From the NCBI RefSeq assembly GCF_003918875.1, contig NW_025765514.1, forward strand, positions 1,488,001-1,552,000: DNA of 64,000 nucleotides. Reading direction: 5' to 3'. Position numbers and translations under genes: made by a program. The notes under the pieces were generated by a model. The model saw only the letters and a list, made by a program, of their open reading frames with translations, ran no database searches and was not told the DNA's origin. The stretch is from Haliotis rubra. Lineage: Eukaryota. This document shows, piece by piece, positions 13,133-27,929 of the stretch; the first letter of the stretch is position 1; each line of letters begins with the position of its first letter.

Positions 13133-14745
13133 TTCATTTCTGTGTATTCCTTTTCCATATTCATTACTGTGTATTCCTTTTCCATATTCATTACTGTGTT
13201 TTCCTTTTCTATATTCATTTCTGTGTATTCTTTTTCCATATTCATTACTGTACATTCCTTTTCTATATTCATTATTGTGTATTCCTTTTCTATATTCATT
13301 ACTGTACATTCCTTTTCTATATTCATTACTGTACATTCCTTTTCCATATTCATTACTGTACATTCCTTTTCTATATTCATTACTGTGTATTCCTTTTCCA
13401 TATTCATTACTGTACATTCCTTTTCTATATTCATTACTGTGTATTCCTTTTCCATATTCATTACTGTACATTCCTTTTCTATATTCATTACTGTGTATTC
13501 CTTTTCCATATTCATTACTGTACATTCCTTTTCTATATTCATTACTGTGTATTCCTTTTCTATATTCATTACTGTGCATTCCTTTTCTATATTCATTACT
13601 GTGCATTCCTTTTCTATATTCATTATTGTGCATTCCTTTTCTATGTTCATTACTGTGTATTCCTTTTCAATATTCATTACTGTACATTCCTTTTCTATAT
13701 TCATTACTGTGTATTCCTTTTCCATATTCATTACTGTACATTCCGTTTCTATATTCATTACTGTGTATTCCTTTTCCATATTCATTACTGTACATTCCTT
13801 TTCTATATTCATTACTGTGTATTCCTTTTCTATATTCATTACTGTACATTCCTTTTCTATATTCATTACTGTGTATTCCTTTTCTATATTCATTACTGTG
13901 TATTCCTTTTCCATATTCATTACTGTACATTTCTTTTCTATGTTCATTACTGTGTATTCCTTTTCCATATTCATTACTGTACATTCCTTTTCTATATTCA
14001 TTACTGTGTATTCCTTTTCTATATTCATTACTGTGCATTCCTTTTCTATATTCATTACTGTGTATTCCTTTTCTATATTCATTACTGTGCATTCCTTTTC
14101 TATATTCATTACTGTGCATTCCTTTTCTATATTCATTACTGTGTATTCCTTTTCTATATTCATTACTGTACATTCCTTTTCTATATTCATTACTGTGCAT
14201 TCCTTTTCCATATTCATTACTGTACATTCCTTTTCTTTATTCATTACTGTGTATTCCTTTTCCATATTCATTACTGTGTATTCCTTTTCCATATTCATTA
14301 CTGTGTATTCCTTTTCTATGTTCATTACTGTGTATTCCTTTTCCATATTCATTACTGTACATTCCTTTTCTATATTCATTACTGTGTATTCCTTTTCTAT
14401 ATTCATTACTGTGCATTCCTTTTCTATATTCATTACTGTGCATTCCTTTTCTATATTCATTATTGTGCATTCCTTTTCTATGTTCATTACTGTGCATTCC
14501 TTTTCTATATTCATTGGGGCGGTGGGGTAGCCTAATCGTTAAAGCGTTGGCTCGTCACGCCGAAGACCCGGGTTCGAATCCCCACATGGGTACAATGTGT
14601 GAGGCCCATTTCTGGTGTGCCCCGCCGTGATGTTGCTGGAATATTGCTAAAAGCGGCGTAAAACCAAACTCAGTCAGTCAGTCAGTCTATATTCATTACT
14701 GTGCATTCCTTTTCTGTATTCATTACTGTGTATTCCTTTTCTACA
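13133..14745. repeat. 27-bp minisatellite, more than 50 copies, interrupted by a SINE A
   Basis: Unit TATTCATTACTGTGTATTCCTTTTCTA. Confidence 0.97.
14516..14685 (+). mobile_element. SINE family A, full length
   Basis: A and B boxes, (AGTC)n tail, TSD TCTATATTCATT. Confidence 0.92.
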
Positions 14746-15037
14746 TTGAATACTGCGGATAAATTTACGAAGGTCACTCCACATCGACACATTCGGGTCT
14801 GTGTCGATATCTACGGATATTCAAGATCAACCTTTTTATACATCGGCGACCTACAAATCGATGTGGCCAAATCATCTCTCACAGTGTTCTCTTACGTAAC
14901 ACTCATTGCAATTTATCAATGTGTTTGTATTCAACTCGACTTGACAACAAAGTGGGTGAGTGAGTGAACGTTGCAGTAAGCCGCGGCCAAGAATCCTCGA
15001 CCTACATAACGATGTAACAAGTTTGTGGTTAGAGCAT

Positions 15038-15182
15038 CGATTAGTTAAAACTCGAAGTCGACATACTCGATATAGTGTCTAATCCGATTAGTTAAAACTC
15101 GAAGTCGACATACTCGATATAGTGTCTAATCCGATTAGTTAAAACTCGAAGTCGACATACTCGATATAGTGTCTAATCCGAT
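15038..15182. repeat. 47-bp unit, 3 copies
   Basis: CGATTAGTTAAAACTCGAAGTCGACATACTCGATATAGTGTCTAATC starting at 15038, 15085 and 15132. Confidence 0.9.
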
Positions 15183-16997
15183 GTGGGGGAAACGGCGGTG
15201 GGGTCTCAGTTCGAGAAAGTAGAGATACCGACTGTTCACGGTTTACCCAATCTGAAAACAGCCAGATTATGTGGACTAGTAAATAAACACTTTAGAGAAA
15301 GAATTCGACCCGTTTCTGGTATTCATATGAATTGAAACTGATACCCACAATAGTGTACAATAATATATACTGAGACGTGAGCTTGAATCACGGCGTGAGG
15401 CAGATAGAGATATCAGCCATGGCTGTCTCCCGACCAGGCGGCCTCCACCGCACACACGGATACGTTTGACACTTTGTATAAGTCGAGGTCGTTTAAGGGT
15501 AGGACTTTGGTGATTAATACCCACCAATTTATCACTGACTCACACTCGGGTGTAGGTTTGTGAGTAACTGGTGAGATCATGACCAAAGGTAAACATGACT
15601 GTCAATAATACTGCACACATGTTTACCACCACTGAGATTGTAACTCGTATACTATAACCTATATATGCGTGTACCCAACGCATGAAACTTTACTACATAC
15701 GTTTACACTCTAAGATTTTAATCTATAAATTAATTACACCTTTTAAACAATAAGATCTGGACACCTATGTGTCTTGAAATTAACTGATGATAGGGAACAT
15801 GAATTAACTTTTTTTTAAATAACTAAACAAAATTGATGTCTTTAATAGCACTATTGAGTTGTTACCATAGTTACCACATTCTTTAAACTCACCTAAACAA
15901 AAGCCTCACAAATTATTTTTTTAGTTAATTAACGGCAGAGGCTCTTGAAATTAACGAACTTGTTGTACATAACTGTTTTGAATATATGAGTGAATCTGAA
16001 CACAAATTGGTTAAGACTGTAACTTCTTTGAGTCTCATTTTGTTAAGGCATTGATTAAGGCTATACATCACGTAAAGGCTTTAAAGCCGGTTTCACAAAG
16101 TCTTACATCATAATAGGTTCAGTTTATCTAATTTGATAGTATTCTTTTGACAACACCTCCACTAGACTAACATCTAGTCATGAAATGGACATATACGCAT
16201 GCCAATAATGGTTGTGTCCGTGCCCTACTGTAAGAACGGTTAAGCATTCAATATTGCGAAACAACCTCATAACAATCCCTTTTGGAGCATAGAGGCCATT
16301 GCGCTCAGACACGACCGGGCATTGAAGCCTGTGTATTGTGTGGAACGTTCCAGTAACCATCAGTGAGATTATTCTAAAGTGGATATTGGCCATTGGAACA
16401 AATAACTAAAATTATACTACCTCTAAAAATACCTTTAGCAACGTTAAGCACGTGTTTCAGATATACTTGTGACAGGATGCGCACACGGGATGCTCATCTG
16501 TTGTCTGTGTGTCTGGTCATGAGTCATCGGACACGAGGCATTCCTAATAGCTCGACAAATATGAGACGCTTTTGCATTGCAGAATTGAAGAACGTACACA
16601 AATTCTAAGAATTGTAAAAGCAAATGTTCTATGATCCTATGATCCATATGACTGTGAGTCGAATTCCATATTCGCCATGAATTCCATATTTGACCGATTC
16701 GAGCATTTCTGCTTCAAGCCCACCCGACGTGGGATGCGCTCCTCTCTAAGGCTTTGCATTCATTTCAGACAGAACGATCACAGTGACAGTAAACTTGATT
16801 TTCGTTGTGACTTGTTTACATCTATACGCCGATATTGCGTGTATAGATGCACTGTACTGCTGGAATTCAGTGAGGTTTGAACAGCTCGGTAGTCTTTCAA
16901 GTATCTGTATATGTGAAAAGAAAACCCTAAAAGTTTCACCCTTATCAACCACTTCATTTGTCTTCATGTGCGTGAGCACGTGACAGCTTCTCCATAG

Positions 16998-17150
16998 AGT
17001 GACTTTCGTTTTACGCCGCCTATAGCAATATTCCAGCAATATCATGGCGGGGGACACTAGACAAGGGCTTCACATATGGTACCCATGTGGGAATCGAACC
17101 CGGGTCATGTGGGGAAGCGAACGTTTTAACCACTATGCTACCCCGCCACC
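16998..17150 (-). mobile_element. SINE family A
   Basis: Reverse complement of the family A consensus. Confidence 0.85.
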
Positions 17151-17897
17151 ACTTCGGTGTCAGGAGAACACAGACAGCATTCTGTATTCTAAAAACGATT
17201 CAGCTTCATTTCAGTGCCAATCCGATTCGGAAATGTCGATTTTAACAAAAGAGAAAATCACAAACCAAACATATGTTGAGATGGTTTTTGGTGTAGGTAC
17301 TATCAAGTTCAGAAATGGCACGTTTGCAACATTTCATTTCACATTCGGGACTGGTCGTTTAAGTTCGGTTTCGAGATACAGAAGTCCGATATGCCGGTCT
17401 CAATGCTTTACTCACTCATACCGAACACGAGGCCTCATCCACATGGTGCGATCTGTCCATGAACAGCCATCAGATCTTCACGCAAAGTTATCATATGTCT
17501 GAATTTATGAAATGTCTGATTAATGAGATAAGCAGGTTGGTCAGATGCAGCAGACAAAGCAGTTAGTTTTAATCATCATCAAAAACAATTATGGGATTCA
17601 AACCAGCGGTACCTGGCAAGAATGAGTTCACAGATTGTAGCTGTTATTTTCAAGGTGATTGCAACTGCGCCCTTAACTGTCACACGCACCGTGACATTCG
17701 GGACAACCGAAGTTGGGAGATTCGTGAAAACAGAAGTTGGGAGATGTCGCAGGAAGCTGTCAGAGGTGTTCCTCTCTCTTGTTTTTCTGTAATACATGAT
17801 TTAGATATGTTTCAACGCCATCGAATAAATACAATACTCCTGGAAAGTACAATGCAGTACTCCTGATCCTGAGTCATGACAAACGGCTACCGCATAG

Positions 17898-18253
17898 GAC
17901 CGCCTCCGTGGTGTAGTGGTTAGAGCGTCCGCCCGGAGAGCGGAAGGTCGCGGGTTCGATCCCCGACCGCGTCATACCAAAAAGACGTTAAAATATGGTA
18001 CTTGTTGGTCCCTGCCTGGTGCTCGGCATTAATGGGTACAACAAGGACTGGTCGGCTCGGAGTCAGTATAATGTGTCTGAGTGGGGTATTCATGCTTCAC
18101 TGCGGCACGGTATCTCAGTGGGCTAGCACTATAAAACCAGCTTAAGTCTGGGCTAGTACAAGTAACCGCACATACACATACACACGCACGCACGTCATCA
18201 TATGAGCGAAATATACTCAAGCACGACGTAAAACCCAATTTCACCTCACCTCA
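17898..18253 (+). mobile_element. SINE family B, full length
   Basis: tRNA-like head with A/B boxes; 11-bp TSD CTACCGCATAG; (CACCT)n tail. Confidence 0.9.
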
Positions 18254-18877
18254 CTACCGCATAGCCTAATGGCAGAATACCGTTAATGAACAGCTGGTAC
18301 CGACACCTACAAAAGCTTGCAGATCAAACCTAAAACACTTTAAATAAACCGCATGTTTTAACACAAAGCAAATAAATAATACAACATGCCTGTGCTGGAG
18401 ACATTTCAATGTAAATATTTTAATCGCACATGCTCAGGGGACCATCATAATAGCTGAAGCAAATTGATTGTTGATTTGGTAATCGTGTGTGCTAGAATAC
18501 GACAGCTGTTTCACCAGCTGTTTCCCCAATTAGCGAATATAATAGAATGTAGTCATCAGAAATTATAAATAAATATTTTGCAGCAATTCGGTCGTGCCGA
18601 CTATTGTCTGCATTTATTCATATGGAAGATCTGTATCAGCATGTCACACTCCACAAGATGCGCGTGGTTATGATGACATTTAGAAAGTAGTCATATGTAA
18701 CCTGTGGTATATTTGGGTTTACACTTTCTCATTAAAGAACAGATTCCAGTACTTGAGTCCCATCAGGGATTCGAACCCACGCCATCAGTCACGAGTGATT
18801 GTCGACAAAACGAGTCATCAGTTCCCCATAACGTACTCATGGCCTTTACTATACTATTGCTCGGTGCCACAAAAAAG

Positions 18878-21855
18878 TTACTGAGCTACGTCATTCTACA
18901 CTTTTGTGAGCTACGTCATTTTACATGTTACTAAGCTACGTCATTTTACATATTACTGAGCTACGTCATTTTACACGTTACTGAGCTACGTCATTTTACA
19001 TATTACTACGCTACGTCATTTTACACGTTACTAAGTTACGTTATTTAACATGTTACTACGCTACGTCATTTTACACGTTACTAAGTTACGTCATTTTACA
19101 TGTTACTACGCTACGTCATTTTACACGTTACTAAGTTACATCATTTTACATGTTACTGAACTACGTCATTTTACACGTTACTGAACTACGCCATATTACA
19201 TGTTACTAAGTTACGTCATGTTACATGCTACTGAGCTACGTCATTTTACATGCTACTGAGCTACGTCGTTTTACTCGTTACTGAGCTACGTCATTTTACA
19301 CGTTACTAAGTTACGTCATGTTACATGTTACTGAGCTACGTCAAGTTACACCTTACTGAGGTACGTCATGTTACATGTTACTGAACTACGTCATTTTACA
19401 CGTTACTGAACTACGCCATATTACATGTTACTAAGTTACGTCATGTTACATGTTACTGGGCTACGTCATTTTACATGTAACTGAGCTACGTCTTGTTACA
19501 TGTTATTGGGCTACGTCATTTTGCACGTTTCGTCATGTTACATGTTACTGGGCTACGCCATTTTACAAGTTACTGAGTTACGTCATGATACATGCTACTG
19601 AACTACGTCATTTTACACATTACTGAGTTACGTCATGTTTCATGTTACTGAACTACGTCATTTTACATGTTACTGAGTTACCTCATGTTACATGTTACTG
19701 GGCTACGTCATTTTACACGTTACTGAGTTACGTCATGTTACATGTTACTGAGCTACGTCATTTTACATGTTACTGAGTTACGTCATGTTACATGTTACTG
19801 AGCTACGTCATTTTACATGTTACTGAGTTACGTCATTTTACATGTTACTGAGCTACGTCATTTTACATGTTACTGAGTTACGTCATTTTACATGTTACTG
19901 AGCTACGTCATTTTACACGTTACTGAGTTACGTCATGTTACGTGTTACTGGGCTACGTCATTTTACATGTTACAAAGCTACGTCATGTTACACGTTACTG
20001 AACTACGTCATTTTACACGTTACTGAGCTACATCATCTTACATGTTACTGAGCAACGCCATTTTACATGTTACTAAGCTACCTCATGTTACATGTTACTG
20101 AACTACGTCATGTTACACGTTACTGAGCTACATCATCTTACATGTTACTGAGCTACGTCATCTTACATGTTACTGAGCCACGTGATCTTACATGTTACTG
20201 AGCCACGTGAGCCACGTGATCTTACATGTTACTGAGCAACGTCATTTTACATGTTACTGAGCTACGTCATTTTACACGTTACTGAGTTACGTCATTTTAC
20301 ACGTTACTGGGCTACGTCATTTTACACGTTACTGAGCTACGTCATGTTCATGTTACTGGGCTACGTCATTTTACATGTTACTGAGTTACATCATTTTACA
20401 TGTTACTGGGCTACGTCATTTTACACGTTACTGAGTTACGTCATTTTACATGTTACTGAGTTACGTCATGTTACATGTTACTGGGCTACGTCATTTTACA
20501 TCGTTACTGAGTTACGTCATGTTACATGTTACTGAGCTACGTCATTTTACATGTTACTGAGTTACGTCATTTTACATGTTACTGAGCTACGTCATTTTAC
20601 ATGTTACTGAGCTACGTCATGAGTACGCGATTTTACACGTTACTGAGTTACGTCATTTTACATGTTACTGAGTTACGTCATTACGTTACATGTTACTGAG
20701 CTACGTCATTTTACATGTTACTGAGCTACGTCATTTTACATGTTACTGAGTTACGTCATTTTACATGTTACTGACGTCATTTTACATGTTACTGAGTTAC
20801 GTTACACTGGGACTACGTCATTTTACATGTTACTGAGTTACTGGTTACTGAGCTACGTTACGTCATTTTACATGTTACTGAGTTACGTCATTTTACATGT
20901 TACTGAGCTACGTCATTTTACATGTTACTGAGTTACGTCATTTTACATGTTACTGAGCTACGTCATTTTACACTGAGCTACGTTACTGTTACTGAGTTAC
21001 GTCATTTTACATGTTACTGTTACTGAGCTACGTCATTTTACATGTTACTGAGTTACGTCATCATTTACATGTTACTGAGCTACGTCATGTTACATGTTAC
21101 TGGGCTACTCATTTTACATGTTACTGAGCTACATCATTTTACATGAGCTACGTCATTTTACACGTTACTGAGCTACGTCATTTTACATGTTACTGAGTTA
21201 CGTCATGTTACATGTTACTGAGCTACGTCATTTTACATGTTACTGAGCTACGTCATTTTACATGTTACTGAGTTACGTCATTTTACATGTTACTGAGCTA
21301 CGTCATTTTACATGTTACTGAGCTTACGTCATTTTACATGTTACTGAGCTTTACGTCATTTTATTATACATTACTGGTTACGTCATTTTACATGTTACTG
21401 AGTTACGTCATTTTACATGTTACTGAGCTACGTCATTTTACATGTTACTGAGTTACGTCATCATGTTACTGAGCTACGTTACTTACTGAGCTTACGTCAT
21501 TTTACATGTTACTGAGCTACATCATCTTACATGTTACTGAACTACGTCATTTTACACGTTACTGGGTTACGTCATTTTACATGTTACTGGGCTACGTCAT
21601 TTTACATGTTACTGAACTACGTCATTTTTTACGTTACTGAGCTACATCATCTTACATGTTACTGAGCAACGCCATTTTACATGTTACTAAGCTACCTCAT
21701 GTTACATGTTACTGAACTACGTCATGTTACACGTTACTGAGCTACATCATCTTACATGTTAGTGAGCCACGTGATCTTACATATTACTGAGCCACGTGAT
21801 CTTACATGTTACTGAGCAACGTGATCTTACATATTACTGAGCTACGTCATCTTAC
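18878..21855. repeat. 25-bp minisatellite, about 120 copies, with a CRE-like core; resumes at 23513-23570
   Basis: Unit GTTACTGAG(C/T)TACGTCATTTTACAT. Confidence 0.97.
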
Positions 21856-23506
21856 CACCAATTCTGAGAGAAAATGCTCAATCATCTATTGCTGATGTCG
21901 TTTTGATTTGTATTTTTTAGCAGACGAATAAACACGAATAAAAGTCAAATACGCCTCCAGTACTACCAAGTAAACATGGTAAAATTAGTAGCGTTAATCT
22001 ACGTTACAGAACGTAAAATGCAGCGTACAATGCATGTATATTGACAAACATTTGTTTTGAATGCTCGCAAACATTTTACTATATATATTATATGTACTAA
22101 AAGTGTCATCTTGGAATACATCATACCATTTATAACTGTACACAAACACGAACCCGGTCTATAAAGAGAGTTGCGTTAAGCATGAAAGCTACGTTACCAT
22201 TACTGTACAGAAACATGAATAACAGCTACCAATAAAAGTTATTAGAATGAATGCTTTGTGTTTTTATAGTGTAATAAAACCGAAAAGGGAGTAATATGCT
22301 TCCATATGGTAGTTTGCACACGGTGAAAGTAATCTACGTTATGAAATCTACGTTACCACCTGATATGGAATTCTACAAACAATGACTAGAAATAGAACAT
22401 TCCGCTTCGTAACATAGTCATAGAACTCATGCAATTAATTTAATGACCATCAACAGTTACCACCCTTTGCTGTCACGTGGTCGCAACACTTCAGTAACAT
22501 TTGACAAAATTCAAATTTGGAAGGGAAACTTCATCTTAATTCGGGTAATTCCCAATGAAACAACAGGTAAGAATGTTTGTTTATTTACTTCATTATAGTG
22601 ATGTAGTTTCACAATATTTCAAAACTATTTTTCTGCTGTAGAGAATTTCTTTGGTAGAAGCATTTGGAAATGATGAATGAATATATTTCGGTGTCGTTGG
22701 CCATCATTTCAGTTGATAGAAGTTGTATTTCATGAAGCTTGTATGAAGTCTGCTAACACAACATAATATTTTTAAAGAAATAGTGACATTAACAGTAAAT
22801 GTATGATATTTCGATCTCTTAAGAATACTTCAACATATCTTTCACCTCAATTTTGTACTCGCTCCTCAAAGCATGGTAACGTAGATTGCAATGAATCAAG
22901 TAACACCCTCACAACTACAAAACATGTTTCGGTAACTGTTATAAACATTGTATTTACTGCTAATCTAGTAGCAATAATGACTTTCATATATGGTATACCT
23001 TCATCTATTGGAGGACGATTTTACGTACAATGAATTAGCTTGTAAAGTAACGTAGATTACACAATATCATTTATGAATTCAGAATGGGCAAGAATCATCA
23101 AGTTTATAAGGTAATATTTTCAAGAGCTTTGACTTGATCAAGGTAATAGTTATAGTGTTAACAAACTCAACTGATTGGAGAGTACGTTACATGTACACAA
23201 TGTAATGTTGTTTTCTTAAAGAAACACAACTTTGGAATTAACGACTGAACTGTGTGAATAATATCTCCTTTCAACATGTTATACAGTCATCAAGAAGAAA
23301 AGTCACGTAGATTACAACGATCGTGTAGGGTGGTGTTGTATGAGATATGATGGAATTTTTACAAGCTCCCCTTGAGTCTTACAATTTCTGATTTTCGTTC
23401 TGGACACTTTCTTCAATAAAACAGCAACAACAAGTGACAGAAATAGTGTCGACATTTTTTTACAGTTTGCGTGTTTCCAATTGGGTATTCTCTGTGAGGA
23501 TTGGTG
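21856..23506. mobile_element. Non-autonomous DNA transposon with CAC...GTG ends (Chapaev/CMC-like)
   Basis: Imperfect 28-bp TIRs CACCAATTCTGAGAGAAAATGCTCAATC / AATTGGGTATTCTCTGTGAGGATTGGTG; TTAC duplicated on both sides; splits the 25-bp array. Confidence 0.7.
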
Positions 23507-24097
23507 TTACAGGTTACTGAGCTACGCCATGTTACATGCTACTGAGCTACTTCATGTTACATGTTACTGCTCCAGGTATACTTATATGATACCGTGATAG
23601 GTCATCCTTTATGTAACTGCGCTGTATGTGGTGCTTCAAGTTGCAAGGCCAAGTCGCCTAACGTGTTATTTTACCATGAGCGAGGTCATTTCAAGTCTTA
23701 CTGAGTCTGTGTTACATATTGCACATCTAGGTCATCCCACATGTTACTGTGCTCCGAGTGATCATGTCAACAGGCCTGTTGGCTGCTTACTATAGACTGT
23801 AAGCTAGGGGATACGGCTGGTCCCTTGGTTCGGTCAGGGGATTGGTACAGAGAAACATGCTGGTCAATTGACCATGGACATTGGGCTGACTGGGAGCTGA
23901 TCACGTTTATTTTACGGCAATTCTAAAAAGCAGTTCAAGACGTATTTTTCCTGCCTTCTTATTCTTAAATGTTAGAGAAAACACTTAAAGAAGACAGATT
24001 ATGTCATATTATTACAGTTAACCTGTACCCAGACTGTAACTGTGAGTTTTAATGTCATAAGAGGCCAACTGTAGAGAAATGAAATAATTGGTGTTCT

Positions 24098-24277
24098 TAA
24101 CTTTTTAAAGTAGTATATGACTTTTTTTATCATATACAAACAAACAGTCTGATATTATCATCATAGTTTTATTACTTAGATAACATGAGCTATCAGACAC
24201 GATTCCCCAGCTAAGTATCTGGTGTAATCGTCACCTGTGATCATAGTGACCTCAATATTGACCAGGACAGAAGTAAC
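24098..24277 (+). repeat. Second copy of the segment at 12862-13046
   Basis: Shared sequence TACAAACAAACAGTCTGATATTATCATCATAG...GACCAGGACA.AAGTAAC with few substitutions. Confidence 0.85.
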
Positions 24278-24635
24278 ACGCTGGTGACTGGCCCGCTATC
24301 AGTACCCGTCTCGTACACGTAGGGAGGTCAAACCTCAAGCGTTTGTCTCATTACACATCGCCTTTGATTCATAACTGACTCATGACAGAGAGATAGGGGA
24401 CGTCTTCACACCCGATTCGAAACATTCTTTTTCTGAATTTGTATGTGTCAGAGTTAATACAGGTTCATTGTTTCTGATTTAAACATTACTTTACCTGTGG
24501 GTTTATGTTTTTTGAATATCTGTCTCATGTGAAGTGACAAATAATACAAATAAAAATTGCTGTTTTGCTTCTCAAAAGAGGTTAAAGAAGATCTGATATT
24601 TAAAAAAGTACTACAGTTAGTTAGTAATGGATTGT

Positions 24636-24796
24636 AGGGGTGGTGGGGTAACCTAGTGGTAGTGTTCGCTCGTCACGCCAAAAACCGGGGTTCAATTCCC
24701 CACATGGGTACAATGTGTGAAGCCTATTTCTGGTGTCCCCCGCAGTGATATCTCTTGAATATTGCTAAAAGCGGCGTAAAACTAAACTCACTCACT
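24636..24796 (+). mobile_element. SINE family A
   Basis: Consensus match; TSD GTAATG(G/C)ATTGT. Confidence 0.88.
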
Positions 24797-26152
24797 GTAA
24801 TGCATTGTGAGTATTCCAACAAACGGTGTTTCTGTTATGGGCGTTCATTGATTTGTTTTGTTTAGTATACAATCAGCGGTTTCAAATCAAAATGACATAC
24901 CTTTAAAACTATCACGTGAAAGACATTGTAAAATTTTGGAGCTATATTTCAACTGATACATTATCTGACTGACGTACACTTTCGGACGGCAACGTGTATT
25001 CGCTTAATAGGCACAGTCATTGTAAATTCGCGAATGAGAAAAGTTGTTTTAAAGTTTAACACGATGTTTTAAAGTTAGTGAGTCATGTTTCCTCTCGCTT
25101 TGTAAAGTTTGACAGTAAATCAGAGTAAATAAGGTAAATTGACAGCTTTATGTCGGACGTAAGTCAGAAATTGTACAGGTTGTGGACATTTACAAACTTA
25201 GTGAAACATCGGTCACTGGCGTGGTACAGACAAACCAGGGAACATGGTGAAGCCAAATCTGAGATTCGAACCCACGACCACAGAATCCGTGGTACTGCCG
25301 TACTCCAATTTGGGCGTCTTTGATAACAAAATAGAGGGCTAAAGTACGTGTTAGGCCCGATATAATACCGTACTGAGACAGCTTCCTACTGCGCTTCCAG
25401 TGAACAGACTAAATCCTTTAAAAATTATATTCAGGTGAGATGTGGATGCGGCTGAGCTACCAATTAATTTAGTTGAGAGGCTGATAAAATATGTTTATTT
25501 ATGGATGAGTTTTCCTTGTGGGAATCGAATATGTAATATGGTTTTAGGGGATTGTCATGTTATGTCACAACACGACGCTCCTAAACCTGCTATATAAGAG
25601 TTATCAGCTGACGGGGCGTGTCTGTTTCAAACACAAGTACGTGCGGTGAATATCTAACAGTCAATGGACATACATCAACATGGTGCGGAAACGGATACGG
25701 TTTATGAAAAAAGTTCCATCGGTGCTACATGCTTGATCATACATAAAGTTATGGGAACTGGTTTCGTATTTCTGCGATACTTTTGTGATATATAATTCAC
25801 ATTTATGATATAACGCATATCTTTTTACAAAGCTAATTACATTTTTACGAATTATATTTTGAAGGTAAGTATAATACATAGATATATATGCACACACAAA
25901 GGTATCCCAAAATACGAAACCACAACTTTATGCAAGTATATATTTCTGCACTTCTGATAATGAAGAGTGTCTCTAGTGAAAGATAGTATAGCGAGGTTAG
26001 TGTTAAACTATGTTGCCTTCAAAGTTTTAATGTTTATCACCGGCAGAATAAATATATTTGGATTTTTAAATAGGAGGAAATAAACTCTGCATCCAATGCG
26101 TCACAAACCAGTGGTTGTCGGTCTGAGCATTGGGGAAACACAACCAACCAAG

Positions 26153-26345
26153 TTGTTTGGCTCACAGTCCCTGAACCACATTATTTACCCTACTGTCAAG
26201 CCCTCCCTGCAATACTACAGCCCTGAATGAAGCAAGTCTAGATTTCCTCAGGTGAATTTCATATCTCACCGGGGCTCCTTTTCAATTTAAATTGGGTTAT
26301 TTGTTACCATAATTTTTATATGTTCAGAGACTAAGCGTTAGTCTA
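26153..26345 (-). mobile_element. TAGACT...AGACTA element, subfamily D
   Basis: Homologous to the 9407 copy; degenerate 9-bp TSD CCAACCAAG/CCTGCCAAG. Confidence 0.75.
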
Positions 26346-27770
26346 CCTGCCAAGTTGCAGGTAAGATTTACACCTAATGTGATCACCAATCCAAGTGCTG
26401 GAACCACCTGTCCCATTGAGCTGTGTCTGATTTGGTAAACGGGACCTTTGCGGGGCCGAAATCTCTATTGACACGAGCCCTTGCATCAATTAACGCCAGT
26501 CTAATGGTGTATTAGTTCTCCAAGCCGTGTCAGGAATGTCGATGTGCAGTTAGCCGCCACTATCCTATGTTTGTGGAAGTATTAGCTATCGTTTGTTTAC
26601 TTAAGTCACGAGTTTACTAAGTAGGTCAATGGCAGGCTCGGGGAGATAAGCTGAAGCACTTGTAAATCCCACGTGACAGTGGACATTCAGTACGTTTGTT
26701 ATTGAAGGGTTTTTTCTGGATATATCATGTGNNNNNNNNNNNNNNNNNNNNNNNNNNNNNNNNNNNNNNNNNNNNNNNNNNNNNNNNNNNNNNNNNNNNN
26801 NNNNNNNNNNNNNNNNNNNNNNNNNNNNNNNNNNNNNNNNNNNNNNNNNNNNNNNNNNNNNNNNNNNNNNNNNNNNNNNNNNNNNNNNNNNNNNNNNNNN
26901 NNNNNNNNNNNNNNNNNNNNNNNNNNNNNNNNNNNNNNNNNNNNNNNNNNNNNNNNNNNNNNNNNNNNNNNNNNNNNNNNNNNNNNNNNNNNNNNNNNNN
27001 NNNNNNNNNNNNNNNNNNNNNNNNNNNNNNNNNNNNNNNNNNNNNNNNNNNNNNNNNNNNNNNNNNNNNNNNNNNNNNNNNNNNNNNNNNNNNNNNNNNN
27101 NNNNNNNNNNNNNNNNNNNNNNNNNNNNNNNNNNNNNNNNNNNNNNNNNNNNNNNNNNNNNCCGGGTTCGATCCCCAGCATGGTCAGAATGTGTGAAGTC
27201 GGTGTCAAACCATTATCACTCACTCACACACTCTTTCACGTTGCATTTAGCTCTTGGCCATAATTATAATGAATGTGACTGACTGACAAGTTCTTAACAG
27301 ACCTTTCAGATGGAATGCTGGTTCTGTACAATCAGATGTTTGTTTAGACCATGTACAGCATGCATACGCCTATGTCAAGTCTCGTTTTCGGGAACTCTGC
27401 ATATCTCCCATATAGCCGGTTGTTGTGTGAGGCGTACGTAATGACATCCACCCTGACATAGTAGAACAGGGATAAAACATGGAGTAAAAACATTAACGAG
27501 GGGCAACATGGTACAGACGTCGCCGCACACCCCGTAGCTAATTAGTTGAATCCTATTCTATAACAACTTACTCCAATGAATCCACACAAGATGAAAATCA
27601 GTTTGTCATTGTCTTAGTCGATCTATATGGCAAGATCTCTTCTTTGTTTGTTTCGAGTGTGTGTATTACGTCATGTACAAGGATTGTATGGGCGCTTCAG
27701 ACGGTTTGATTCAGACAGTGGGCTGGATTTTACACCTTCATATGTTCTTTACCTGTCTTTAACAGTCATT

Positions 27771-27929
27771 TGACTGAGTTTGGTTTTACGCCGCTTTTAG
27801 CAATATTCCAGCAATATCACGGCGGGGGACACCAGAAATGGGCTTCACTCATTGTACCCATGTGGGGATTCGAACCCGGGTCTTCGGCGCGACGAGCCAA
27901 CGCTTTAACCACTAGACTACCCCACCGCC
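27771..27929 (-). mobile_element. SINE family A
   Basis: Reverse-complement consensus match. Confidence 0.9.

Noticed and set aside
13056-14630. Long ORFs of 462-524 aa on both strands
   Set aside because: They are translations of a 27-bp (9-codon) minisatellite that is open in several frames, with no gene signals
26696-27263. ORFs spanning N runs (also near 46000 and 55300)
   Set aside because: Artefacts of assembly gaps
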